The notes below the pieces were generated by a model. The model was not told the DNA's origin and made no database searches. It worked only from the letters and a program-made list of their open reading frames with translations. The position numbers and the translations under genes are program-made. Positions 37,935 through 51,989 of a stretch of DNA of 64,000 nt are shown here, piece by piece. The stretch lies in assembly GCF_006345805.1 (NCBI RefSeq), contig NC_042997.1, forward strand, positions 88,846,001-88,910,000. Direction: 5' to 3'. Within the stretch, counting starts at the first letter, position 1, and the number at the start of each line of letters is the position of its first letter. The stretch is from Octopus sinensis (Eukaryota).

Positions 37935-38527
37935 CTCTTTTCTACTCACGGCATAAGACCCGAAATTTTTGAGGGGGGGGGGGCAGTCGATTACATCGAC
38001 CTCAGTACGCAACTGGAACTTAATTTATCGACCCCAAAAGGATGAAAGGCAAAGGCGACCTCGGCGGAATTTGAACTCAGAACTCAGAACGTAGCAGCAG
38101 ACGAAATACCTATTTCTTTACTACCAACAAGGGGCTAAACACAAAGGGGACAAACAAGGACAGACAAACGGATTAAGTCGATTATATCGACCCCAGTGCG
38201 TAACTGGTACTTATTTAATCGACCCTGAAAGGATGAAAGGCAAAGTCGATCTCGGCGGAATTTGAACTCAGAACGTAGCGGCAGACGAAATACCTATTTC
38301 TTTACTACCCACAAGGGGCTAAACACAGAGAGGACAAGCAAGGACAGACAAATGGATTAAGTCGATTATATCGACCCCAGTGCGTAATTGGTACTTATTT
38401 AATCAACCCCGAAAGGATGAAAAGCAAAGTCGACCTCGGCGGAATTTGAACTCAGAGCGTAGCGGCAGACGAAATACCGCTAAGCAAATTGCCCGGTGTG
38501 CTAACATTTCTGCCAGCTCGCCGCCTT
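37935..38527 (-). mobile_element. Trimeric SINE family A element with a 13-bp TSD
   Basis: 184-bp internal period (acgaaatacc at 38101, 38285, 38469). agatgtaaatata flanks both ends (37922-37934, 38530-38542). Confidence 0.92.
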
Positions 38528-39417
38528 GAAGATGTAAATATATAACCTATTGATGTGCAAACGGTGACCAATTGATCAATCAATTAGGTGTTTTGACAGT
38601 GTGATGTAACATGAATTTAGAGTTAAATTCTTCAAAGATGTCATATATGTAAATTTTGATTAATACGAGACTTGTTTAAACATCAAGGTGGGCAAAATAT
38701 TTTCAATCCAAGCGTGACAAAGTGATTTTCTTTACTTTAAAATAGTTTAAACCTATCCACACTTAACTCATTGAACAAGATCAAAACTAAATCTTAACTC
38801 TTTCTCATTAATTTAACATCATTATTCATGTATTATTTCGATAAACTTATTATTTTATTGAAGGTTTATTAGAAAGATTGATCTGATAATCGGCAGTGCG
38901 GCAAACCAAAATATTCTGCAGTATTTATTTCCTTTGAATTCAAATTACTCAAGGGTCTACTTTGCATTTTTTTCCATCCCTCCGAGGTCGGCTTAAAATT
39001 TCGGCCGTTCGTCTAGGTTTGGTAAAAATAAATACCAAAGTACCAGTCAAGTAATGGTTACGCTTTAATCGACTTTTTGCTGACAAAATGTGTGGCTTTG
39101 AGCCATATATAAGAAAACATTTTAGTTTTGTAATAAATTTGTAGTAGTAGTTTAGCTCTAAGCAAATCCTCGAGCAATCAGATTATGATGAAAAGCCGTC
39201 CAGTCCAGAATATGAGTTTTTTTTGTGGGGCAGGGGAGGTTCAGACATTACATACTTTATTTTGCAATGATAGAAGATTTAGATGATTTTATTGATTTAT
39301 TTTATATCACAATTTGTGGGCAAGTTTATATTAGATTGCGAAAATGACAAAGGGTTGCTTTAGTGTAACGAACTTCGTGCAAGAAGCAGCGGTTCCTTGC
39401 CGGTGTACTTCAGTGAA

Positions 39418-39496
<79 letters not shown>

Positions 39497-42400
39497 CAGA
39501 GTTTTAACATTGTTTTATTACGTAACAATCGTATGAACAAACACATTATTTAAGTATGTTTTGCGTAAGTCTCCAAGAAGTAAGCATTGCACATAGACAA
39601 AACTGAATGATTAAGAATTTCGCCTTGAAATCATAAAGTGTTGAAGTAGATCCTGGTGCGTAGTATCATAACTTTGGTTTGGTTCAAGTCTTGGCAGTGA
39701 AATTGGTTTCAGGGAAACTGTGTGGATTGTACCTGTAATTAAAAGGTCCGGCCTTGTCATATGTTGTGTCACACTCTTTCGGCCTAAGAATTACGTCAAA
39801 GGTGCACGAGCATGTCTAGAGAATTTAACTTGTGTAGTTCAGTTGACTGAACGACGGAATTCTCATCTTCGGAACACAAAATGTGATAAAGTTCGATATT
39901 TGAAAGGTCCTGGATTGACAAAATTGACAAAGAGCGTGTTATATACTATTATGCCTTGTGGTATTTGTTCTGGATTTTTACATTCATTGTTGAAACTCCG
40001 ACGAAGTCAAGTACGATTTTCATCCTTCTCGGCTTGATAAAATATAGCACCAGTCAAGTACTGTGGTTCAACACAACTGCCTGTTCCCTGCCACCAAGCT
40101 TTGAGGCCATGCACCTACGAAAACGATTAATATTGATATTTATACATCAAAACTTGTCCTGAATGCTTGTAACAGGGCGCACTCCACTAAAGATACACTC
40201 AAAGGGCTAATAGGTAATGTTTAACGGAACCACAAATTTAAGTCTACCACTCAAGAATATGAACGATTCCTTCGATGAACTTCCACAATTTTCTTTCACC
40301 AATTTTCATTCCTAAGGTTTTGATTCACCCGTGGCTGATACAGACGTTTGCTCAAGGTGCTGCGCTATGGAATTCAACAAAAAACCAAGTAGATACGAAG
40401 CTAATTTCTTCTCCATACTACTATGAAAGAGCAACGCAACTTTAACTTGATACCTTCATCGACAAGATCTCTATTTGATACTATAAATAATAATTTTTAA
40501 TTACTCGAATCTTCTACAATAGTCAACTCTGTAAAGGCAGGCAATTTATACTGCAGTATGCTGATATTAGTTCAAACTAACGAGAAAGCCTCTCCCAGGT
40601 CACTTGACTTACTAGAAATGGCAGCCAAATATCCTTTAAATCACACTATATATTCTTTAAAAAACAAAGGAAAGATAAATTGTTAATATACACATCACCT
40701 GAAGAAAATAATAAATCAAACAGGTGGATCAATGTTAGATTGTCTTTGATCATAGGTCTACTTGGTCAGAGTTGACATGGAGCTAAATAACATCAAACAA
40801 TCTCAACCACAACATCATTATCATTTTTATTCAGACTCAGTTATTGTGTATATGTATGTATGTATGTAGGTATGTATGTATGCGTGTGTGTATGTACGTA
40901 TGAATGCATGTATGTGTGTGCATGAGCGCGCGCGTGTCTGTGTGTGACAATATCGAGATTATCTTTCTACTATTCTACACTGTTCATAGGAACATCTTTA
41001 CCATATTGATATAGTCTACGATTTATTAATTTCTTTCTTTTAGCAAGTATTATTTCTTGTAACATCGAACAGCAGGTGTTTTCTAGACTAAATTGTTGAC
41101 TCATTGTATAATTGGCTAGAAGACTTCGACATATCACAAACACAATTACGATGATTATATTTTTTTCTTACACTACAAGCCAAAATTTTTGTTTCCTTTT
41201 TGTGGAGTTAAATGATGGCATTTCGATTGTCTTCAGTATATTGATTTCTAAAAGACCACAAATTTGAAAGATGAGTATAGTTGATTAGATTTATCAGTGC
41301 ACATGACGGTACTTTATTTCATTGGCCCTGAAGAATAAAAGGCCAAGCCAATCTTGGCAGGATTTGAATCCAAAACGTAAAGATATGCACTTTAACACCG
41401 CAATACATTTTTGCCGTCCGTCACTCAAACGACTCTACAGCTACCCGGCTTTTGACTCCAGTATATTATTATTTTAATTATACTCTTCCCAAATGCAAAA
41501 TACGGCTTTTGACTATTTGATTATATGCTTTGTTTCATGTAAGATACATTTGTCACTGCTTGCCTTCAATACAAATGAAGTAATTGGGTAACGTGTAAAC
41601 TGCAGACGGTTCTATTTTGCGTTGCGCAGCCTTTAATCACACTTGCGTTTATTTCAAGGAATACACTATTGCAACCAGTTTTGTTGTACAGCTCCTCATT
41701 TGACGCTAAACTGAATCAGAAGATGAAACAGATTTTCCTAGGACAATTATAGTGGAAAACGTTGACCTAATTCATACCTACTTTCACTGTTCCCCAGCAG
41801 TTTGAGCTATATACATAACAATAAAATTGACAATGTCGTTATAGTGTCTTTATCCTAAAACTCTAAATCTTAAACTTCAATGTTGACTAAGGTCTTGTAA
41901 ATGCCTGGCAAGCTTTGGTAAGCCTTACTTCGATATCTTTGTTTAGTGAACACGGAGAGAGTGAAAAGTAAACTGAAAATTTGGATAAATTTCTGTAAAC
42001 AAGTTTTTCACTTTCAACCGAAAACATGTCCCCAATATCACACCATTGTAGTAATGTAGTTTCAATTTGACTGTATGTCAGTTTATAGGTTTCTTTTTGT
42101 CATGACTCCTAGTATTTCAAATTATAATCTCAAATGAGATTGGTTCATTGGTTTCTGCACAAATACTCTGCTCTTTTCATTCAACAAAATAATTGCGATG
42201 AATGTAAATCTATGACGTCTAAAAGATTAAATGAATGGGTAATTATTTTGCCATTTATTTATTTTTATTAGTTAATAATCTTTCTCTGATAATTTACCGT
42301 AGCTTGCCGGCCGACTAAATCAATCTATGTACAGAATTCTTTTTTTTTTAAATTCATCGTTTTCACTAGACGCTTTTATGACATACACACGCACGCGCAC

Positions 42401-43017
42401 GCATGCATATACGTACACACACACACAATGTATATACATACGCACTGATTAATAAAAAAGCAAATCGTTTCACTGGAATAACAAGTCCTCAATGTTCACA
42501 AGTTAATAGTCGATTAAGTTTCACTCATTCACTTATGTTAAGTAAACATTAATACAACACCGTCAACGACAACAACCATGAAATAAATGGAATGTAGATG
42601 TCATGAGCAATCGTGTTGTAAGTAGTTGTACCAACTGTTAAGTTTACTGGAGACGATCCTTCTTCGTAGGATGATTTGATCTCACAAACATAGCAAATGA
42701 ACTTAACCGTCATTAAGTATACAGTGATCTCGCTACTTACAATTCAATGTACTCGAACCAGGGTATGTGTCTCCAACTGATTGCTCGCCCTATAAGAAAT
42801 AGCAGTTAAATCTCACTCATATTACATCTTACTTAAAAGAAAAGATACAATATACAATGTTGTTCAAAATACATTATGTCAAGAAAAAGTTGTGATGGTT
42901 ATGGTTGGAATGATTAAATTCATGAGTAGGCTTAACCAGGACCGATTTGGAACTAAACAACAAGATTTAGTGAGTCATTTGAGAAGGAAAAGTTTGTTCC
43001 TCATCATAGCGATGTAC

Positions 43018-43440
43018 GGATCTTTTCGGTTTGAACGGCAGTTTTTAACATAATTTCTAGGTAACTAAAAAAATTTAAACTTCGTATACTGGTAGTAAGT
43101 GTTTATAAAACATATTTTTCTCTTGGCTTTATTGAGAAAATCCTATAGTTTGTAAGATATTTGTTGTTGTTTTCTTCAATTTCTGCAATTTCAACCAATC
43201 ACTGACGTCCATTGAGGTAAAAAACATTCTGTGCCGTATGAATATGTCCCTCGTTTAAGAAACAGATTGGGTTTATTTACATTTGTGAAGAAAAAACGAT
43301 ACCCTTCCCCCCACCTCTAATCCTAACCCTAACCCTAAAATAGATTGAAATGCAATAGATCGATACTCGGGTCATGATTATGGGTGACAATTTCATATGA
43401 CACCGCTAGAAAAAAACTGCCATTCAAACCGAAAAGATCC
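43018..43440 (-). mobile_element. Merlin-like MITE, second copy (opposite orientation), with (CCCTAA) repeats
   Basis: TIRs ggatcttttcggtttgaacggcagt / actgccattcaaaccgaaaagatcc; 8-bp TSD cgatgtac / cgatatac. Confidence 0.88.
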
Positions 43441-44154
43441 CGATATACCGGTGATCAATTAGGACCACTACATCATCTTGTCTCTGTTCAGACGCTCCTT
43501 AACTGAACAAAGATCTATAATGTTATTCTGTTCATCACATGTGTTCGGAAGTTACGCTCTCAAAAGGAAATTAATTGTTGGGTAACCGCAATTGTTATTC
43601 TTATCTATTGTAATCAGACAGTAAGACATCAAAAGAAAGAAGTGAGAAAGAGTGTTAGTGGGGAGATGAGGAAAAGTTAACGAGAGAGAAAGAGAGAGAT
43701 GTGAGAAGGGGAGAGAGAGAGAGATGAAGGAATGGGAGAAGAAGAGAGGGAAGGAGACAGAAAGTGGTGGCAGGAGAAATAAATAAAACGACAAGGAGTA
43801 ATACTTAATATTTATTGTTACTGAATCCTAATTTTTCACTAACCTCAATCCGTTGTCTAGCTCATTATCATAAAAGTATTTAACATAATGAACACAATCT
43901 TTATATTGTCTAGCTCATTATCATAAAATCCTTTAGCATAATAAGAGAATACTATGGAGATATAAATTTATGCGTCAAATTAAATATAAGAACATTTATA
44001 AAACGTAGAATTTCCGGATCTCGCAATTAAATTTAAATCTTTGATCGAATATCCTCATACATCTATGTTGAGCTATACTGTAAAATATTTTGGGGTGTAG
44101 AAATAGAAGTTCACTGTTTTGTTCTGTAGAAATATTATTTACAAATTATTTACA

Positions 44155-44607
44155 GGCGCAGAAGTGACTGTGTGGTAAGAAGCTTGCTTCCCAACTACAT
44201 GATTCCAGGTTCAGTCCCGCTGAGTGGCACCTTGGACAAGTGTCTTCGGGCCGACCAAAACCTTGTGGGTGGATTTGGTAGACGGCAACTGAAAGTCTCA
44301 AAGTCGTATGACGCCCCCGTATCATTCCTGTTTTTATTCGTTACTGTAAATTTTATCTTCGTCTCTTGTTTTCCTGTTCGTCTCGACTGTCACATTCTTT
44401 CCTTCTACCAAGCAAATCTAATGCCCATAGCTTAGCTTTTGCCTTGGGGCTGGCCTTTTCGGAGCAAATCTCAGAATTAAACAGCCGAAATTTGCCATGA
44501 TGAATCGGTTTCTGACTGAAGAATGAAGGCTCTGAATTACTGTCCGTTTTTCCGTGTTTGTCAATTCGTGAATTTCACGTCCTTTATATATAAGTTTTAT
44601 ATATATA

Positions 44608-44659
<52 letters not shown>

Positions 44660-44925
44660 ATGTGTGTGTGTGTGTATGTGTGTGTGTGTGTATGTGTGTG
44701 TGTGTGTGTGTGTCTGTCTGTCTGTCTGTCTGTCCACCACCACCACTTGATAACTGGTGTTCGTGTGTTTACATCCCCATAACTTAGCGGTTCAGCAAAA
44801 GAGAGAACGATAGAATAAATACTAAGCTTGAAATAAGGAGTAGGATCGATTCGTTCGACTAAAATCTTTCAAGGCGGTGCCCCAGCATGGCTGCATCTTG
44901 GTGACTGAAAAAGTTAAAAGATTAT
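44155..44925 (+). mobile_element. SINE family B split by a ~290-bp insert at its internal microsatellite
   Basis: Head and core at 44155-44305; unrelated insert ~44310-44600; (TA)n/(GT)n; 3' half at 44720-44925. Confidence 0.75.
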
Positions 44926-45316
44926 TCTGTAGTGTAGAAGTATATTTGTATTGTGAGTACTATAAAAGTACACCCGTCTTGTATTATTACAGTCTAATAT
45001 AGAAACACATTTGTACATAGTTATCCAATAGATATACATCTGCACTACATGAATAAGAGAAATTATCCACACTGCTTTGTAGCAAACAAATATGTACTAT
45101 AACAACGAAGAAATATATCTATATTTTATTGTTGTGTAGAAATACATCTACACTTTGCCATAGTATAAAAATACATCTGTATTTTGTTGTAGAAATACAT
45201 TTGTACTGTGATACCTTGAAGAAATACATGTTTCTCAACCACATGGTTCTGTGTACAGTCCCTCTGCGTGGCAATTTTAACGCAGCTTTGCGACGGAAAC
45301 TAGAAGAAATCCACCC

Positions 45317-45553
<237 letters not shown>

Positions 45554-47790
45554 GCGCAAGAAGACTGAACATAGAGACAACATGATCGATGGTTTCATTT
45601 TGTTATTTACATACATGATATGTTGAGATACTGCCATTCTTTAATATGTTGGCCTGGTAGCTCCTTGTAGGTAGGCATTGATCTTAGGCTGCTATGATAA
45701 ACTCTTCTGTCTCTGATTTTAAGCCAGAAGACTCTAACCATTGATGGGTAAGGGCTTTGTCAACATCGGCATCATTAGCTCTCTTTGGATGTTTGTCATT
45801 GAGTGGTTTTTCTACCATTTATCAGTAAGAATATCTAAAGCAGCAGTTTTAACATGGGTTTTCATACGCTTAGCTTTTTCTGTGCTTGTTTCCAGTACGT
45901 CTAATACTGGAATTTGTTGTATTTGGAATTCATTCAGTTATTTCTTTGCCTGTTTTGTTACTGAGTATGATGCTTTCTTGTTTTTGTGCTTTTAGACAAG
46001 TTTTAACATCCGGTCATCAGAGTTTTTCAGGTAGGTGTTTAGACCAATTGTGGCAATTTTCATTGTAAATTCCAGATGTAAAAGTATACGGCCACTCTCT
46101 TTTCTTGGCAAGTAAAGCCGTTCTATATCTACCTTAGTGTGGTGAATTCTATGTTTTATCAACAATTTTCGTATTTTTTGTCAAGATTACATATTTCAGT
46201 AATTGACCAGTTACTAATATTGAAACTGTAAGTCACGACCGGTATGGCTAAAATACTGAGGGCTTCGATCCTGTTTCTTGCATTCAGCTCTGTCTTGAGT
46301 ATTGCCCTTACTCTGCGATATTCTTTTCTGAGCTTTTCCCTCAACATTCAATGTTTGATTCCATTACCTTCAAATACTCCTAGGTATTTGTAGCTCTCCG
46401 TTGGTTCTAACTTCTTTATGACATTCTGATAGTCAAGATTAACGTTGGATGTTTCTATTATTTTTCCTTTGATAAAGGTTGCTTTTGCACATTTATCGAG
46501 GCCAAATTGCATCCTGTTATCATCACTAAATTGTTTAACAATTGCTAGTAAGCCCTGTACTTGTTGGTAATTTTTTGCAAAGAGCTTTAAATCATCCATG
46601 TAAAAGCGATTATTTATATTTTTATGAAATATCTTATAGCCATATTGTACATCATCGAGCAATTTCAAGCGAGCTATTAAGGCTAGATAAAAGAGGAGTG
46701 GTGATAGAGTCACCCTGGAAAATGCCACATGAATTTTTTACGAGTCTAAAAGCTGCAGCGGGCCCGCCAATTTTAATTCTCCATCATTGAAAGATTCATT
46801 GTCACCGTTCAAAGTCAGTGTGGTTCTCTACGATTTCATACTTACAGATAAGAAGTTTCGCATAGTAGGTGCTATTTTATAAATTTCCAGACATTTCTTA
46901 ATCCAGCTTTGTGGTAGACTATCAAAATATTTTCTATAGTCTCATCCAGGCTATCAACAAGTTCCTGTGTTGTTTGTGACAATCTTCTAAAATCGTCTTA
47001 TTGATGAGTAGCTGATCTTTACAACTATAGGACCCACGTTTACATCCTTTTTGCTCATTAGGGAAGATGCCACCTTCTATTAACTTCTATTAAAGAACTA
47101 TAGGTGTACTCAGTAAAGACAGATGTTAGTATTTTGTACATTGATTTTAAGCAGGTTATGTGTCTATAATTTTTTGGTTCATTCGTTTCTTCATTTTTTT
47201 GAAGTAGAAATGTAACACCATTAACTAGCCAAGAGGGAATCGTACTAGGTTGTTGCAAAACATTATTGTAAAGTTTTGTTAGCAGTTCATGACTCTCTGG
47301 AAAGACTTTCAACCAGAAGTTAGGAATGTTATCATTTCCTGGAGACACCCATTCCTGGAGACACATCCTCTACCTTGATACCCTCCCACTTTTGCTCTTC
47401 TAAGGAGTCTAAGTCAGTAGATATTCTATCAATCCAATATTGTGTGTTTTTTCTTCTGCCCAAATTATATTCCAAAATTTCTGCACTTCTCTTGATGGGA
47501 CAGACTTTGCTGTAACTGGTATTTTCCCTCTCTTCCTGTAAAAATTTTAGGGTTATTTTTGAAGAAGTTGTCCCAGAGGAATCTAACGAGCTTTTCATAC
47601 CTTGCTATGCAGACAGCTTTAGCACATACCTTTTGCTTGATATTTTCTATGGTGGTATCGATGTCAAGAATAGTCTTCATATATTTTTTCTTTAATTTTC
47701 AGATTTTTGTTGGTTTGGTAGTCTTGTCAAACTTAAGATTTTTTAAACATTCTATGTCAGACCTAAGTAACTCTTCCAATTTTTTCGAGG
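45554..47790 (-). pseudogene. R4/Dong-like non-LTR retrotransposon relic: RT domain through the CCHC knuckle, truncated at both ends
   Basis: Fragments [31 protein letters not shown]...[99 protein letters not shown]. Many frameshifts and stops; no REL endonuclease visible. Confidence 0.88.
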
Positions 47791-47957
47791 CTTAGCGGAC
47801 CCTAAAAGGAAAAAAATCAGAGAAGACAAACAAAGCAAAATGACCTTGTATAAAATAATTTTTCATGCGATAAAATTTTACTGGTAAAATACAAAATTTC
47901 AATGAGGGGGGTGAACTTTTTTGGTTTGTAATATGTCCTCACTATTAGGCTGTGTTT

Positions 47958-49700
47958 TTATAATGCGACCCTCATGTCATACGCAACATCCAGTTTATTG
48001 CGAGCCTTTGTTTTAATTGCGAGTAAAGTTGCAAAAGCCGTCTCACATTCGTACATTGTTGCGAATGGAACGATGAATTTGAGGGCCAATTTGGCAACAT
48101 CTGGATAGGACTGCGTCATTTCTATCCAGAATTCACTGCAACACATGTTACGGAAGGCGTTTTTTGCACCGCCATCAATCAGCATGTCGATGAACTGTTC
48201 TTGAATGATGTAATCTTCTGACGGAAGGTCAACAACAGAGATTGCAAAGGGATTGGTGATGAAATGGTGAACTTTTTTGAGGGTTTGTAGGTCGGGGAAG
48301 TATCTTTGAATTTCAGCGTGAAGAATTAAGACATGCTGTTTCATTATGTCGAGGATGTCAACATCAACTCGAAGGCTATCTTTATCAAGGAAAGTATTAA
48401 GGTTCGGAAATGGTGCAAGATTCTCACATTCCAATTTAGAATGTCACAAATGGAGCTTCATTTTAAATGCAGTCATTTTTCATGACAACGGTGATGTCCT
48501 TTCCTTGTAGTGCTAAGTTACAGAATTAACTAATTTTAAAATATCGGCCAAAAAGGAGAGACATATAAAGGACCGAGTATTGGAGAATAGTCTGTGCAGT
48601 TCTTTTTTGGCACCATGAAGAATTTTAGCACCATAAAGAAATTCGTGTATCTCCTTTCGTAGAACGAATACGCTTTTCAGTACTCTTTCCTAGGATAACC
48701 ACGTTACTTGCGAGTACAGTAAAAGCGTTTCAAAATTGGAGCCATTATCCTAGTACAATTCAGTAAAAAGACGCGAGTTTAGAGAATTGGCTTTGATAAA
48801 ATTTACCGCTTTGACTACATCATTCAAAACATTCTTCAAATGGTCGGGTATTGTTTTAACCATCAATACTTGGCGATGTAGTGTACAATGCGTACCAATT
48901 GCGTTAGGAGACTTCTCCTTCACCATTGTCTGAAAGTCAGAGCGGCAACTAAGCATTGCTGGAGGACCGTCGGTGCACACCCCACCAACGTACTCCCAAT
49001 TTATGCCATGTGTGTTAAAGAATTGATCGACTTTCTGGAATATATTGTTTGCAGTGGTTCGGGTTGAGGGTTTCGCAAAAAAGGAATTCATCTTCCAGGA
49101 GCTTGTTATGCACGTAACGTACATAAACACAAAGTTGTGCTAAATCCGCTACATCAGTGGTTTCATCAATTTGGATAGCGATATAGTTAAACTTTGATGT
49201 TTTTATCTTTAAGGTGACCTAAGACAAAATATTATCAGACATCTCAGCGATTCGTCGACTGACGGTGTTGTTGAAAAGTGAAACATGTTCAAGCTTCTGT
49301 AGTTCGAATGTTCTGAGCAAGATTGAGATTATATCTTTGCAGCAAGGAAGAGCTAACTGCTCTCCAATATTATGAGGTTTTTGCAGCAGCAATTTTCTTT
49401 GAATCCTCGTTGGAGGCTTTCAGATCAGCCGTAACGTCTTGCATACGCATTCCTGTGTCATCAAGCCTGGATTTGACCAATTTGTCATTTTGGCATCTGA
49501 AAAATTCCTCGTCTTTGGTGACTGCACTAGGGTGTTTCGTTTCCAAATGCCTCTTTAGCCTGCTGGGCTTCAGTGAAGGAAGCTGCCAATACCTCAGAGC
49601 ACAGAACACACTGTGGTTTTTCTACTCCACCAGCAGTAAGCACAGTCAAACCGAAGCTCAAATATGACTCGTCATATCTCCTTTTCTTTGTGAAAGACAT
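47958..49700 (-). pseudogene. hAT transposase pseudogene (Buster/Charlie; ZBED5/ZBED8-like)
   Basis: BED finger (KPQCVLCSEVL...LKPSRLKRHLETKH), catalytic motifs QIDETTD, CTDG, HCTLH and CETAF, and a dimerisation domain FW....YPDVAKLALKFIVPFAT.YECETAF. Frameshifted. Confidence 0.92.
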
Positions 49701-49824
49701 TCTACAAATAAACATAATAATATATAAATGTTGTGTTGTAAATGCACAGAATTTTGTACTATTTCAGTCTGTTGAGAAAACTCTATTACATTTATCAGTA
49801 TAAATATATATGATATATATATAT

Positions 49825-49912
<88 letters not shown>

Positions 49913-49914
49913 TG

Positions 49915-50500
49915 ATAGTAATGGTAAGACAACAAAAGAAAGAAAGAGACCTCGATATTATGTAAATAGAGGAATTTATCTGTAAATATAATATGTGGAA
50001 ATTATTCGGGGCGGAAACCCGCACCGGCATCTCTTCAGTTACTGAGGCAAAACAAAATATGCTATGAAAATGACCGCTAAACAAAGGGAAACTACTATGT
50101 AATTGACCGTTATTAAAATAAAAGAGCTATTACAATGACTGTTAAAAAGGGAAAAACCGAAGGGGAGGGAGTGAAAAGTAAAGGAGTAAAAATGCTCATA
50201 GCAAACACGTATGCACACATGTGTATGTATGGACATGCGTGCATACGCGTTTGCTATGAGCTTTTACTTTTCACTCCCTCCCCTTCGGTTTTTCCCCTTA
50301 TTTAACGGTCATTCTAATAGCTCTTTTGTCTTAATAAAGGTCAATCACATAGTAGTTTCCCTTTGTTTAACGGTCATTTTTATAGCATATTTTGTTTTGC
50401 CTCGATAACTGAAGAGATGCTGGTGTGGGTTTCCGCCCCGACATCCGAAACTCGGAGATTTATCATGGCGACCGAATAATTGTCACATATTATTTTTACG

Positions 50501-50501
<1 letters not shown>
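49915..50501. mobile_element. Inverted pair of PLE-type terminal repeats between two (TA)n tracts
   Basis: ~49980-50211 is the diverged reverse complement of ~50236-50501. Contains gataa-CTGAAGA-gatg...catc-c-GAAA...ttatc (decayed HHR). Confidence 0.65.
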
Positions 50502-50565
<64 letters not shown>

Positions 50566-50849
50566 ATATTTTTCAAAGCACGGTAAGTTCTTATTCATGC
50601 AGAAGTTACTTCGAAATTGGTTAATTTTGTTTTGCTTCAATATCCTCATTTTCTTACCATTATAATGCTTCGTAGCTACTTCAAAAAAGTTCAACTAAAA
50701 GTCGCTAGGTACTTTATGTAGAACGGAAAGAACTTACGATGATAAATATGTCGAAAATATAGGCGTTCGTAAATGTGTGATGGTGAAAACAAATCGCAAC
50801 CTCTTCATAAACCACTCTTGCAGACTATGTCAGCCGGTGTTACGGCCGC

Positions 50850-51534
50850 TGTAACAGCCCAGAATACATCCCTGTCCAGACTATACTCGGGGTTAGTCGG
50901 GACTAGCCCAGACTATACCCACTCCAGACAGCCAGTCCAGAATTTGCCCCTGTCCAGAATATACCCCATGCTTGCGGAAAAATAACACAGATGTACCTCA
51001 CTTATAAAAGTTGCCTCAGAACATATAGAAAAATTTGATATCAATCGATGAAGAATTAAAAGTTACATGTAAATTTCGATTTAAAGATAGGAATTTAGAA
51101 TTATCAAATGCAATTATTCAGTGTACCAATATAAACCCAATGTATAGGTAGATTGGAAAAAAATTGACGACTCGCGCATGCTGAACAGCGCACTTGTACT
51201 ATGAGTCATAGCCTAGACTCGCGCATATGTGGCCATTCGTTTTGGGTTTATATTAGTACATTTTAAAGAATTTTGCATTTGATCATTCTAAATTGCTATG
51301 TTTAAATCGAAATTTACCTGTAACTTTTAATTCTTTATCGAGTGATATCAAATTTTATACATGTTCTGAAGCAACTTTTATATGTGAGGTACATCTGTGT
51401 TATTTGTCGGCAAGCATGGGATATAGTCTGGACAGGGGTATATTCTGGCCTGGTTGTCTGGAGGGATATAGTCAGGGCTAGCCCAGACTAGTCCCGGGTA
51501 TAGTCTGGGCAGGAGTATATTCTGGGCTGTTACA
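50850..51534. mobile_element. Foldback-type MITE with ~290-bp TIRs containing short tandem subterminal repeats
   Basis: tgtaacagcccagaata ... tattctgggctgttaca; repeated cagactata / cagaatatacc units; arms pair to ~51140/51244. Confidence 0.85.
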
Positions 51535-51989
51535 CCGCCAATTTTCAATCCTGTTTAGACTTGTTGCACCCATACCCCTGCACCGATCGATAAAACCGCA
51601 GAGACACTCCTGCATTAAAGTGCGTGTACGCCCTGCGCACGTGGGCTCAAATGCATTCTATCTGTAAGGTTTTTCTTAACACGTAAATTAAGGGTCCTGT
51701 GTAATGCGTGCATGTTCAATAGTTCCAATTTTAGCTAAAACCGGAAAACCTAGGGTTTTGAACATTAAAAGTCTGAAAATTTGCGACTCCTTCGCGGACC
51801 CAACCCTAAAATCGCTTCGCAGACCCCCAGGGGTCCGCGGATCCCAGTTTAGGAACGAAGACTTTACATAAATTTGAAATCTTCCAGAGTAAAATTTGCT
51901 TTTAATACTTTTGGTGCCTCTGTAATCGATTGTTTCTTCTTCATAAAATTCCTGGCCATGTGTCTGTGTTAGAAATCACTATTATTATT

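Larger units (their letters stand above)
47790..51863 (-). mobile_element. Probable full extent of the decayed hAT element, with nested insertions
   Basis: hAT-like end gacccccaggggtccgcggatcccagtttaggaac at ~51823-51856; gcggaccc subterminal motif at ~47795; transposase between them. Confidence 0.5.

Noticed and set aside
37935-38527. Regular ~184-bp repeats resembling a CRISPR-like or satellite array
   Set aside because: The units are SINE bodies without unique spacers, in a eukaryotic context with no cas genes.
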